Below the pieces are notes generated by a model, which ran no database searches, had not been told where the DNA came from, and saw only the letters and a program-made list of their open reading frames with translations. 64,000 nucleotides of DNA from Eledone cirrhosa (taxonomy: Eukaryota). Position 1 is the stretch's first letter, and every line of letters begins with the position of its first letter. Of the stretch, positions 13,566 to 27,709 are shown piece by piece. The stretch lies in contig OZ024742.1 of assembly GCA_964016885.1 (NCBI GenBank), positions 131,750,001-131,814,000 of the forward strand, given 5' to 3'. The position numbers and the translations under genes were made by a program.

Positions 13566-14789
13566 TTGAAAATAATGCTAGTTGTAATGACAATTTTAGT
13601 AATAGTAATAGTAGTAGTGGCATAGGCATTAGCAACAGCAGCAGCAGCAGCAGTAGCAGTAGTAGTAGTAGTAAACATGATGATGATATTGACGATAATA
13701 TCAGTAATATCATAATAAAATAATGTGTAGAAATAACGAAATAATGAACGAAAAAATACAAGGTCCTGACTTGAGGAATATATTTTATTTCTATTCTTTT
13801 ATGAGAAAAATCGATTTGAATATATCGGAAAACAATTCAATTATAATTATTGATGAATACCTGTCCATCGAGGAATGTGAAATTTTATATTCTTCAGCAG
13901 GAAACACTATTTAATATTTGTATATTTGTTCGCCTTAAATTTTTACATTTTTTTACCAATCAATTTTTTGCATTTGTTTTGAATACTTTCGTTATTATTT
14001 TTTAAATATTGTTTGTCGTTGTTGCTGCTGTTGGTACAGTTGATGTTGTTGCTGCTGTTGCTGATGTTGCTTCTGTTTCTGCTGTTGCTGCTGTTACTAC
14101 TGTTACTGCTGTTGGTACGGAAGGTGATGTTAAGGATTTTGATTATGATTGTTTACTAATTGTTTTGATGTCATTGGCTTTTGAGAAATTCATATAAACT
14201 GAAACAATTGGTGGTACTTCTGAAAATTATATTAAACGATATTTGGAGGTCATTTTAAATTTATATACATATATACACACACAAAATAAACATAGGCATA
14301 CAGAAATATATACCGTGAAAATGAACGCAAACACACATGCGCACGCACACACACACAAACACTCACACACTCACACACTAACAAACACACACACATGCAT
14401 ACATACATACACATACACACACTCACAAACACACACTCACACACACATACACAGACACACACACTAACACAAACATTCATCTCTTCTTCAATGGTTCAAG
14501 GCTCCCCATCTCTCACATCACTGAAAAAGTGTCAAACATTTCGTTGCGTTTATCAGCTCTCTACCTAATACCCTGAGTTTCCAGGTGATCCCTCACAAAG
14601 ATTAGGGTCTGTGACGTCTTGGCGAATCGCTAGCACTGCATAGGTAGGTCATTTGATTTAAGTTTCTTCTATTTCCTTAGCATGGTAATCATGCAGGTCA
14701 TATGAAGATCGTTTCTTCCGCAAAAATTACTATATAGATTTGTTATGAAATATTTAATATACACAATAACTATCGCATTTTACACACCT

Positions 14790-15370
14790 CTATTCTATGG
14801 AAAGCAACAATCTGCTGAACTCAACCCAACATGGGGTCCGTAATTACAGGGTCTGCCTAACGCGGCTCCCGCATCACGTTAATGACATGTTAAGAGTTTG
14901 GAGGAAGGTCTCAAATACTCATGTCATAAACCCTGATTTCAGCTAGGCGTCACAGGCTTGATCACAATATCCTGTTGCAAAAGCTATCCAATATTGGTGT
15001 CTCTACAACGTTACTACATTGCATCAAGGATTTCCTGACAAGCAGAGCTCAACATGGTGTGGTTGAAGGAATACAATCAAGCTCAACCAAAGTCAGTAGT
15101 AACGTCCCACAATGCACTGTGTTCGGGCCCACTTCTCTTAATTATATTAATGCCATCAACATCATCGATGTAATCAAGCACAACAACATCAGAAACTTCG
15201 CAGAAGATCAACAATGGAGTAGGCAACTGAACATGCAGTCACTCGGATTTACTTTTTCTTATCAAATGGCCGAAAATCATATGCTTCTAAACGAGGATAA
15301 ATGTGAACGCATCCGCTTACTCACGAGGCATCCAACAACACCAGAGACCTGGGAGTATTTGTTGTTAGCA
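14790..15370 (+). pseudogene. Decayed CR1/L2-group LINE RT fragment
   Basis: ILLQKLSNIGV...IKDFLTSRAQ.VVEG.QSS...VSSNVPQCTVFGP (cf. SGVPQGTVLGP) and FAED (cf. FADD). Confidence 0.7.
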
Positions 15371-15779
15371 ACCTAATCTGTGCTACTCATATAAATACCA
15401 ATGTTGAATTGCCCATTCAGATATAAATTAGAAAATCACTTTTGAACATTTTTGTTACAGATATATTAATGTATCATCAGTATATTGCAATTACTTTCAA
15501 TGTTAATTATAGACTAATTGTATATTTATCTGTATTAATCGTAACATTGTCAAAAAATAGTTGTTTTGGGTTGTTGTTTTCTAAATCTTATATTATGCTC
15601 GGTAATACGTTTTTCTCCAATTATCCTAACCTTAGAATACTTTGGATTATTTTGATATGCGTGATAATCTTAATACATTGAGGTCATACATATCTCATCC
15701 ATATCTGTACATATATATGACTTAAGTGGATTCACCCATGTATAAACTATTATAATCATATATATATATATATATATAC

Positions 15780-16017
15780 AGTGTTAAAACGATCAAACTT
15801 TAATTTATAACATTTATTTGCTGACAATTGTTTCTTCCAGAGCATAGGGAATGTCGAAACATGTGACAAAATCCTAGTCATTCAGAACATTTAGTTATGT
15901 TCTTTTTAGTCACATGTTTCGACATTCCCTATGCTCCGATGATTCCAGACTTCCCTCTGGAAGAAACAATTGTTAGCAAATAAATGTTCTAAACTAAATT
16001 TTAATCGTTTTAACACT
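15780..16017. mobile_element. Nested fold-back element containing a degenerate type I hammerhead
   Basis: Outer arms 15780-15842 / 15955-16017 and inner arms 15840-15867 / 15909-15936 are inverted repeats. The element sits next to a (TA)n tract. Confidence 0.75.
15932..15978 (+). ncRNA. Type I hammerhead ribozyme motif, probably inactive copy
   Basis: TGCT-CCGATGA-TTCCAGA(cttccc)TCTGGAA-GAAAC-aatt-GTT-AGCA. Stems I, II and III can pair. The core has U4>C and a GUU triplet, while the inverted partial copy at 15819-15842 keeps GTC. Confidence 0.65.
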
Positions 16018-16524
16018 TTGTATCTCGGCTCTGTAAAACACTTGAAAATTTGCAATGAGCCTTTTGTCAAACCGGTAACCGGCTAGTACATAGTACTACC
16101 CTACATATTTATAATTGTATTAACATATATAAATATAAATATTCTTATTACTATATATATATATATATATTTATATAACCAAAAATAAAATAAAGATCTC
16201 ATGTCTGAGAAACATGCGCCATAACCTCTGTAGAATATGCTGAAATATTCTAATGGATAGATCCGAGCATTTATAAGCATTCAATTAGAAATCGATTGAT
16301 TAAACATAAAATAAACATATGAAACAATCACAGGGGATAATTTGTAAAGAGTGTAAGCACACATAGCTACGTAGATAACTAATTAAAGTTTAACGAGAAC
16401 TTCAAATATTTCAAACTTTTAATAATGATTAATCTCCTTTGTATATATTTCATTAAATAAAGAAATGTATTTCACCATCTATCGGTAAGCCCGAGTTGTC
16501 ATACACACACACATATATATATAC

Positions 16525-16617
<93 letters not shown>

Positions 16618-16719
16618 AATATGTGTGTGTGTGTATGTCTATATATACATGTGCACGTGTGCATACATTTATGTATCAGCTGTGATAGAGCGAGAAATAA
16701 AATTCTAATTTTATTTATA

Positions 16720-17000
16720 ATATTCGGCAAAGCCAGCCGTAACTCACTCAGTATGCAAATGAAGCTAATCAGCCGATGTGTACTTAAGAAAATACTATAT
16801 ATTTTCAACCGTTCAACAGACTGGCAGAGGTATGCAGTCTTGATGAAAGGTAAAGACCCAGACACATGTTGATTGTTCGTCAAAGCCAGTGTTGAACAAA
16901 CAGTTGACGATCGGTCACCGACACGACACAGCTTCAAGCCGGGCCGTTTGTTTACAAACGAATCTAACATTATTATTAGTGTTCGATATACCCCATACGT
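16720..17000 (+). mobile_element. Diverged member of the ~372-bp hammerhead repeat family, degenerate HHR at 16834-16876
   Basis: Shares AACTCACTC..TATGCAAAT, CAGTGTTGAACAAA and GTTTGTTTACAAAC with 32560-32830 and 61510-61770. Core reads GCAGTC-TTGATGA...GACAC-at-GTT-GATTGT. Confidence 0.65.
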
Positions 17001-17082
17001 AAATATATATGTGTGTGTGTGTGTACGTGTGCATACTTACATATATATATATATATATACATATATATATACATATATATGT

Positions 17083-17133
<51 letters not shown>

Positions 17134-17181
17134 CCTATATATATGTGTGGAGTGAGAGAGACAGGCAATTAGATAGAGAGG

Positions 17182-17239
<58 letters not shown>

Positions 17240-17249
17240 GAGAGAGAGA

Positions 17250-17281
<32 letters not shown>

Positions 17282-18654
17282 TGTACTATGGAGAAAATAT
17301 TCATATATATATATTTATATATCAATGATATTTTATTCCTTTGGAATTATTATTCATAAACAAATTTGAGGTTTAAATATTCGATGTATTTCTACTTTTG
17401 TCCTTGTAATGTTTTTCCAGTCAATCATACTGTCAATTCTACAACATAATGAGTGTAATGTATACCTTTTGTCATAATTTGCTGTATATTATATCCATTG
17501 CTTGAATATTACAAAAACTAGTTTGGTCTTTACGATTCACTATACATTTTAAATCGAGTTGACGTCAACCGACTTTCTTTTTTCACCGTGTATCAATTTT
17601 CGATGAAATTGATATACGAATGAGATTTTTTATATTTTTCATATTGGTAATTTGTCTTTTTGGCTTGAGAAATGTATTGTTTAATCGGAAGAATCTTCCT
17701 TGAAATATCTGTCAGCATCATGTAGTGTTAATCTGAAATCTTTCAGAAACTACTTACAGAAACCTATGTCTCCTCTTCCAATTAGTTTCTGTTGGCTACA
17801 GGCAATTTGCAATTTTATATGGAAGAAACCTTTAAAAAAGCTTTATTTATCTAATATAACAATTTAAATTAACATAAGTTTTGTGATTACATCTCAAGGA
17901 ATTGCTTTCAGTTAAGAAGCATGTTTGCATTTTGGGATTACTAATGATAATGAATGTTTCCAAGAACAAACTCTATATCCATTTTGAGCCCGTCTTCTCT
18001 CGTATTTGCATATATGTATGACATTTCTTGCAGTGAAATTATTCATTACGATAATTATGAAATACTTAGTTTTGTCATGGTAATTTTATTATTTTCTCTT
18101 AGATGAATTGTCCTTCTAAATTGTTATATTTGTTAATTATTTGTAGCCAAGCGCCTTGAATTATTTAGACGATTTCATATATGATAATAAAAATAACGTC
18201 AAATAGTATTTTTGATTGTAAATGAATGTATAATTTATAAGGATGGTCATGAAGCTATGACTTTAATCTCACACTTTATTAATGTTTCTTATTTATCTAA
18301 TTTATTAGTAAACATCACACCCACATAGACAGTTTTGATATATCTAATTACATCAACTGACCAAAATGTAATTTTGAAACAAATATATCAAAGACGCATG
18401 CGCACGGACACAATAAACAGTGAAAGAAAACATACAGAGAAGATATAGTAATAACCCCAATATAAAAGTTGGAAATGCATCAGTAAACGATTAAAAAAAA
18501 AAAAACCCGTAGCATTTTTGGAAAGAAATGTCCATGCAGTGAAATCAACGTATAACCAATGACATAGTCATTTAAAAATGAAGTGATATTTGTTGTAGAT
18601 TCATCTTTTAAATAACTGATATATAACATACATTTATAATCACACACACACACA

Positions 18655-18861
<207 letters not shown>

Positions 18862-19014
18862 CCCCCCCCATATATATATATATATATAAATATATATATA
18901 ATTAGTGTGGGATACTTAAATGGTCTGTAAGCAGTATGCCGTTTGAGCACTCGATGATCTTACAGAGCAGAGTATAAATCTTATTCGTCGCACCACTGGT
19001 TCTCCATTTCTTAT

Positions 19015-19053
<39 letters not shown>

Positions 19054-19121
19054 CGTTTCTGAATTTGTGAATGCAACTGGTGCGTGTGTTTCTTATTGGC
19101 AACATGACCCTCCCAAAGTAT

Positions 19122-19164
<43 letters not shown>

Positions 19165-20412
19165 TACGTAGATCTCTCGATCCATACACTCATCTAAAAT
19201 GCAATCCGTAGAAAAGATAGCCCTGAGAATAAACGTATAAAAATGTTACAGTGATGTGGACGACATATGCATCATACATAATATAAAAGAGAACACGTGG
19301 TCTCATCCAGTCAAAACCCCAACAAAATACAAACATAACAGACCACATATAGTGATATGGGACAGAGAAAAGGGAAGGCATGCACAATAGTGGAAATCAG
19401 CTCCCCAGTATGTGTCAATATATTGCTAATGATTAGCGAAAAGGAGAAGATTTATTTTGAATTAATGAGGAATCTACGGATACATTTATCTGACTACAGT
19501 TTTAGATATTTACATATAATAATTGGCATATGTTACTAATTGTCTCAGTACAAATCTCTAGAAGCTGGGCTTCACAGAACCAGAAAAAGCGTGGTTAGTT
19601 AGGAAGATGCAAGAACTGCCCATTACTGAAACTAAACATATGTAAAACCTTTAAGAAATTCAGCTTATAATAATTGCATATACACATGTAAAGATACAGA
19701 AAAATATGCATGTGATCACATATAACTGAAAACATACAGATCCATACCTGCAATAACCGCCATACCTGCTAACGCACATAAACACATACAGACATATCTA
19801 CCTGATAGAAAACGACACTCTCTATCGATGAAAATATATGAAATAATAAAACCAGAAAAATATACATATAAAGCGAATATAGGAACGTGTCGTCGTTGAG
19901 GAGAGACGTAAGAATGTATGAAGTAAAGATGGACTCGGACAACAATTATCGTTTAAGGTAGAATCTAAGTGAAAGTGATCGTATGCAAATGTAGAAGTAT
20001 GAAATTGCTTAGAGATTATGATTTGTAGAATGTAGGAAACTCAGATGTATTTTTAAAGTTTAAAAGGTGTCTTTATCTATTTTCTTCGTCATCTATAGGA
20101 ACCGAGTGAATTTAGAGTTTTTTTTCTGGGCCTTAGTTTACGACAGGTTTGTTTGTCAATACCTGATTGTTTTTTTCGTTGCTTTGGGTCCATGGGGCTG
20201 GGTTCACAGGTCGCAGTTTTCAATTTATCAAGCTAGGTAGCGTGTTATTACTCTAAGGTGACACAACCTTATCGAATGCTTTGCTGCACATTCCTAATTG
20301 TATATCGTTAACTTGGCCACAGCGAAAACTTCGATTTTACTAAATTTCCATTTGTATATAGAAATAGCCGTCGAAATGGCTTGAGCTCTGTTGTCGGGGT
20401 CCTGAACATTTT

Positions 20413-20500
<88 letters not shown>

Positions 20501-21586
20501 CATACAAAAACACACACATACACACACAGATATATATATATTCTCTGGATTTCCAATCTTTTGTGAAGCGAAACCCTCGGTAATAGCATTTTGGATAGGT
20601 AAATATTTAAATCGTATTTTAATTTATTTAAAAGATTGTTTAATGTTTACTTGTTCCGCTCATCTCAATTATATATATATACACACACAAAATATATATT
20701 CATATATACATATATATATATACACGCAAACATAGTTTTATATATACATATAAACATGTATATAGAGAAATATATCTATTTCTCTCAAATATATATATGT
20801 TTGCTATTTATTATCGTTCTTCCTTTCCTTGGACATCATTTATCATGCTATCTTCTTTCATGTTTTGTAAATAATTCTTTTCTTGATTTCCGTTTTCCTT
20901 TATTCCAGTCTTACTGTATTTGTTTCTTTTCGTTTCATTCTCAATAATAGTATTTTCTTTTCATTCATTCTATTTGATATTTTTCTATCTATTATCACAA
21001 TAGTACATTTTTGCTGTTACTTTATAACATTTCATTTCTCCTGTGTTATTATGTTCAAATTTTCGTCAAGGTTTTGTAATTTGTTCATATTTTAAACATC
21101 TTCTTCCATTTCCTACGTTATTTCACACTTTATTTGTTTGTTTTATAGGACATTTCTTCCCTTCTTACTTTCTCTATCTTGTTTTCTCATAAATTATTCA
21201 TTCTTTTTTTCTTACTTTCTTTCTTTCTGTATTTCTTTCTTTCACTCTTTCTGTCTTTCTTTCTTTCTTTTTTTCTGCCGTTCTTTCTTTCTTTCTTTTT
21301 TCTTTCTTTCTCCAAATTTCCCTTATATTCTGAGGTCTTCAATAAAATATGAATTATCATTTTCCCATTTTCTTGAAATGTATTTATTCTTAATTTCAAT
21401 CTTTTTCATCTCATATTTTATTTTAGATCATAAAATCATTTCATCAGTTTTTCTCTTGACTCTATACTCGTTTTTACTGACTTTCATTCTTGCACATCTA
21501 TTTAATTTTAAACTTCTTCATTCATATTTCGTATTCATTAACAATTTCTCTTTTCTAGCTTCCTTTCTATCATATCACATTGATTT

Positions 21587-21640
<54 letters not shown>

Positions 21641-22052
21641 TGGCTGTGTGAGCGTGTGTGTACATGTAAGTATGTATGCCAGTGTGTATTTATATATGTA
21701 TAAATATATAAATACGTATTACCATATTAATATATAACTATGTATACTTGTGTGTTTATATATATATAAATACTTATATTTATATACATACATTCACAAA
21801 CGCATAGAGGTACACACACGCACGCACAAACATACTCACACATACACACACACGCACATATATATATATGTATATTTATGTATATTTATATTTATATATG
21901 TCTATTTATGTCTATTTATATATATATATATTTGCATACATTTTTTTAATAATATATGTATATTTTTATATATATGTATATTTATATATGCATATATATT
22001 TATATATATATGTATATTTATATATACATGTGTGTATATATATATTTATATA

Positions 22053-22092
<40 letters not shown>

Positions 22093-22096
22093 AGTA

Positions 22097-22145
<49 letters not shown>

Positions 22146-22152
22146 TTAAGTA

Positions 22153-22226
<74 letters not shown>

Positions 22227-22729
22227 TATACATATGTGTGTACGTGTGTGTTTAAATATCCTTGAAATATCTCAACTCTTCTGCTAATTCTTTACAATCT
22301 TAACGTGTTTTTCTACATGTAAACTGCGTTTGAACTTCGTGTCTTCTTTTCCAAACTTGTTTGTCTACAACATATTCGTTTAGCCTTGTTTGTTAATTTG
22401 TTTACGGCATTCCTTCAGAATACTATATGGTTTCAATAAATATCTCCTTCCACATTATAGCAAAGGAGTTACAGTATATACACATTTCTATTTATCTTTC
22501 ACACTAAAGTCAATTTTCAAAGGATATGTAAATATGTATTTGTGTATGTATGTATTTATGTATATATGCATGCATGTATGGATGCGCGTATGTATGTATG
22601 TATGTATGTATGTATGTATGTATGTATGTATGTATGTATGTATGTATGTATGTATGTATGTATGCATGTATGTATCTATGTATGTATGTGTGTATGTACG
22701 TATGCATGTATGCATGTATGTTATTTTTT

Positions 22730-23150
22730 AAATATTTTTTACATATTTTCACCAGGAATGAGAGAGCCGGTTTCTAATATAGGAATAAATCATTTTCATT
22801 GGAATTTAAACTATATCTAGTAGGTAATTACATTAACTACGTCTGTGTAAATGTGCAGTTGTCACTGAATATGTGGATCTGTATGTTTTGAGTTACGTAC
22901 ACATGGTTTTATATCAATAGGTGTATGTTTGCACACATTATATGCTAAAAGTCTGTAATGGTTTATATATTTTTACAGCTTAATTAACTTTACTTGTAAT
23001 TTCTAATTAACCCTGCTTCACCTGCTTATGTGAGGCCCAGCTTCTTAAGATATGTGGTGTGCCTGTTAGTAGCCTAACCATGCGCGGCAATAATCACAGT
23101 TACAAATCAAGTTTATTCAAGACTGAGTGTCTGCAGATTCATCATGAGTT
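22730..23150 (-). mobile_element. 3' end relic of an RLE-type (R4-like) LINE next to a (CATA)n tract
   Basis: Similar to 58720-59190 (GAGAG.CGGTTTCTAA.ATAG, CATTGGAATTTA, AGCTTCT.AAGAT, TCTGCAGATT). Confidence 0.6.
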
Positions 23151-23214
23151 CGGAATAATGTTTCCGTTCCGCATTATATATATATATAAGTGAGTGTATG
23201 TACATAAATAAAAG

Positions 23215-23312
<98 letters not shown>

Positions 23313-23364
23313 TACATATACATGCACACATATATACATGCAAAACAATATAGACACTATATAT

Positions 23365-23848
23365 ATTTCGTTTTTGAATTTGTCTTGCAAGATTTCTTAT
23401 CTGAAAACGTGTGTTAAGACAGATATTGTTATACTTTGGGAGGGTCATGCTGCCAATAAAAACACACGCACCTGTGATTTTCACTTAAGTATATTACACA
23501 TTTCCGGTTAGTTGCTTGGTTGGTTGGTTCGATAAGCGGATTTTTGTTTATGAATTGTGAAAGCTATTTCGTCATGCATTCTGTGATCTCAGTAACTAGG
23601 TCTTTATTCTGCGTCTCTCCTTTGTTTTTGTGACAGAAAAAAAAGATAGTACAGGACAGAAGAAAGGAGAGATACAAAATAAAAACCCAGTCACTGAGGA
23701 GGTCACAGAGTGTGTCACGAAATGTGTCACAATATATAAACAACTATCTGGTTGTCAAACCAACCAACCAATCAACCAACCGGAAATGTATAATAAACTA
23801 AAGTGAAAACCAACAAGTAAGTTTGTTTATATTGGGGGCATGACCCTC

Positions 23849-23850
<2 letters not shown>
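23365..23850. mobile_element. Non-autonomous inverted-pLTR element related to the Penelope at 29.15-31.2 kb
   Basis: Arms GGGAGGGTCATG...TTTCCGGTTAGTTG and CAACCGGAAATGTA...CATGACCCTCCC are inverted. The terminal motif ATGACCCTCCC.AAGTATAACAATAT is shared with 31140-31165 and 19104-19130. Flanked by (TA)n. Confidence 0.7.
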
Positions 23851-23895
<45 letters not shown>

Positions 23896-23976
23896 AATAC
23901 AATATAGAATTATTAACTCATATAGGTAACCTGCAATTAAAACAAGCTCAAAGTATAAATAGCGAGCATTATATAG

Positions 23977-24566
23977 GTGGATTGGCAGTATCGGTAGAGC
24001 GTCGGACACCATGCTTTGACGCATAGAGTTACGGCCCTTGCCTTTCTGAGTTCAAATCCCGCCGAGGTTAACTTTGCCTTTCATCCTTACGGGGGTCGAT
24101 AAAATAAAGTACCAGTAATACACTGGGTAATTGCTGGCCTTGTGCCAAAGGTAGAAACAATTATATAGTAAGATAGTGGATTGGCAGTATCTGTAGAGGG
24201 TCGGACGCCATGCTTTCCAGCATAGTTACGTCCCTTTACGATCTGAGTTCAAATCCCGCCGAGGTTGACTTTGCCTTTCATCCTTACGGGGTCGATAAAA
24301 TAAAGTACCAGTAATGCACTGGATAATTGCTGGCCTTGTGCCTAAAGTAGAAACAATTATATAGTAAGATAGTGGATTGGCAGTATCTGTAGAGGGTCAG
24401 ACGCCATGCTTTCCAGCATAGTTACGTCCCTTTACGATCTGAGTTCAAATCCCGCCGAGGTTGACTTTGCCTTTCATCCTTACGGGGTCGATAAAATAAA
24501 GTACCATAATGCACTGGATAATTGCTGGCCTTGTGCCTAAAGTAGAAACAATTATATAGTAAGATA
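23977..24566 (+). mobile_element. Three head-to-tail tRNA-derived SINEs (starts 23977, 24176, 24372)
   Basis: Each copy has an A box (TGGCAGTATC.GTAGAG), a B box (GAGTTCAAATCCC), a central GCCTTTCATCCTTACGGGGTCGATAAAATAAAGTACC block and the tail GGCCTTGTGCC.AAAGTAGAAACAATTA. Confidence 0.9.
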
Positions 24567-25439
24567 TTTGTATAAATAAACATAGTGTTTACACACATTT
24601 ATACATATATATACTATTTTAGACACGAAATTTACTGTGTTTATTTATACATATATATTACTATATAATGCTCGGTATATATATATATATATATATATAT
24701 AGTTGTTTTGCAAACTTTTTCTCCACATGTGCGAACAAGTACGCATGACGTAGGTGGTTTCCACGATGTTTATTACCATATTACACAATCTTCATCTTGT
24801 GTCGTTTCGAGCCTTTTTTCTTTTTACGTTTATCTTTATCTCTTTTGAGTATTAAGTATATCGCTTGTATTTCATGTTCCTGGATTCTAAAAATGTATCT
24901 CTATCAAGATGGCCATGCGTGACGTTCTGTTGATACGTATGTATCTTATCTAGACAGAATTGTTTTATGGGACAGGTTCTATGTGCAGTGGTAAGTATAT
25001 GTTGTTGGGGTGATATGATGTAACATTCAAAAACTGTTTGGATCGATATTACGCCTTTGCCTCCATGTTTACATTTTCGGTACATGCGATATATGTCACT
25101 ATTAATGTGGACACTTCCATTACCGTTTACACATTTTCAGATGTCAACAACAATAGCTCGGATATCATGTAGCATCCACTTAAGTAGTCATAATGTCGTA
25201 AAGGTCCAGCAGACATATTTTGGTTCACTCATTTATTGTACGCTGAGAGACTAAAGGCAATAATTTTCTCATCCGAATGTTATATTTCCAAGTTATTCGT
25301 ACCCTCTAACAATTTTTTTACCGTAGATTCTATTGATTTATTGTATAGGCACAAGGCCAGTAATTTGGGAGGAGGGCAAAGTCGATTAAATCGCACCCCC
25401 TCCTCCCCAGTACGTGAATGGTATTTTTAAGGATATATT

Positions 25440-26940
25440 GTTAATTCCTAAGTATCTTAAGCTTTCCTCGATATATACTGGTGAACAAGTGTGGCAATTG
25501 ATAAAGATGTTGCTAGAATGGTTTGAAGTTTCTCCTTATTGCCTACCATATATCTGTTTGTCTCAACTAAATATGTCCCTGTGATACTCTATTCTATCAG
25601 TAACAATCATGCCCCATATTTAACACCAGAATAGTTGCCTAGTATGAAGATATGTCTTCAATGGCTCTGGTTATAGTATCGGCGACTCTAGCAAATCTAT
25701 GCCTCTCTAATCTCCAAGTGTTAGGTACGGATGCTTTATTGTAGTATAGCAAGAGTTTAGCCAAGTTCTTCTTAAGCCACTGCATCTATAACATCACAGT
25801 TTCTTAATTCGGAGTGGTTCAACAAAACTCCGATTCCGGTTTTCTCATCAAGGTTGGTGTTATTATGTCATAGAAGGTTTGGAGGAATAGTTTCAGAAAG
25901 TTTATATACATTTTATACATTATATTCTGTCACACAATTTTTCGCTTTTCTTTCATTAAGTGTGTATCTTTGTTTATAGGACCAGTCTTGTCTCTGTCTA
26001 TGACATGCAGCATATTATATGTATATTATATGTATATATGTATATTATATAACCATTCAGAGCTTGAGGTTAGGGTTTCATAAGATAGCAGCGGCAGGAG
26101 ATACAATTATTGTACTACTAGCAGACAGTCAAGCTCTTCCTTGGTGTTTCTCTTCCTGAAGTTTTCTTATCACTGGCTGAACGTTATCATCTTTGATACT
26201 GTATGTGTTTGCTTTAAATGGTTGCATCAAATTTCTCTCAACCACACTACGTCTAGGTTACACTTCTTTTGATCAACTCATATTTTGGTCAAAATTAATC
26301 TGTCTTTCTGAGACGAAGCCTTAATGACATTTGTTAATCCCCACCCCTCATATCTCTTTACATTGATGATTATTTCCACTGAATTTCTTATTAATCATTT
26401 TTCTTTCATCTATTCTCTTCTGATACAGGAGGTTCTATCTGACAGCTCTTTATTCTTATATTAGAGTGATCAATTTGTATTACAGAGATATTTTATACTG
26501 TCTCTAATCATCTCTTATATTTTACTTTTCATTTGTGAGGAGTCTAGTTTTGTTTGTGATTGCGTGTGATAAGCATCACCACATGACTGAAAGTTTTTCG
26601 CAGATAAAATTTCGATGTTTCCATTTAAAAATAGTTGATAGACCATCTCATGCTGATTTGTCTCTGTTTACATTTTTAATATCACCAAGATAATACGTTA
26701 CCTTCGTTGCTAGAGTATATAGACAACTGTTGATTTGTTAAAAGGTAGATGCATTCAATTGCCATAAGCACTGAACTCCGATTTCGTTGATATCACGTAG
26801 AGCTATTTTACTCAGCTTTCTTTTAATATAAGCTAGTGGTGTCTTTGTGTTAGCGGCAATTTTACATATAAGCGAGTGGTTTCCAGCATAATTTACCTAT
26901 GGACGTCTTCGGTTTCCCTTTTATCCTGCTGGACACACAT
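25440..26940 (-). mobile_element. Possible very old RLE/R4-like LINE RT relic
   Basis: Higher-complexity tract with faint minus-strand resemblance to RT motifs and no intact ORF. Confidence 0.3.
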
Positions 26941-26995
26941 ATCCATTCGATGTTTTAAAACATTCTATTGTATTTATATAATTACACATTATTAT

Positions 26996-27183
26996 GGTGG
27001 ATTGTCAGTATCAGTAGAGGGTTGGACGCCATGCTTTTCAGCATAGAATTACGTCCCTTTACGGTCTAAGTTCAAACCCTGCCGAGGTTAACTTTGCTTT
27101 CATCCTTAGAGGGTCGATAAAATAAAGTATCAGTTATGCGCTGGGATAATTGCTGGCCTTGTGCCAGAAACAGAAACAATTAT
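26996..27183 (+). mobile_element. tRNA-derived SINE
   Basis: Full-length match to the 23977 copy, including A box, B box and tail. Confidence 0.9.
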
Positions 27184-27448
27184 CATGGAATTTATAAAGA
27201 TTGTGAATTATCTTGTGTATTGTAGAGGTATAACAAATATATTGCACATAAACATAATCAACTAACTAAATTCTATGGAAAATGAACGTTCACTAATAAA
27301 ATCATGAATAATTCCATACATTTCTAATAACAAAAGCAATGGAAGTATAGTGTTTTGCGAAATAAACGCTCCCACTGCATTTGATCACAATAGCAGTAAA
27401 CAGTTTTTATCTGTCCTACTATCTCTCTATATATGTGCCTATGTGTAT

Positions 27449-27568
<120 letters not shown>

Positions 27569-27709
27569 ATTAGAATTGGCGGTCTGAAATAGCTATATAT
27601 ATGTGAATATATATATACTGTATTTTGCAATACACTGTATGCTTAATTAAAAGCATTTCGAAGACCTTATGCTATTGTTTTAGAGTAGTGACAGTCTCAC
27701 TTACTTTAA

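Noticed and set aside
23977-24065. Possible tRNA genes at SINE heads
   Set aside because: A and B boxes are present but no clean cloverleaf is visible, and each head is fused to the same SINE body in ~20 copies.
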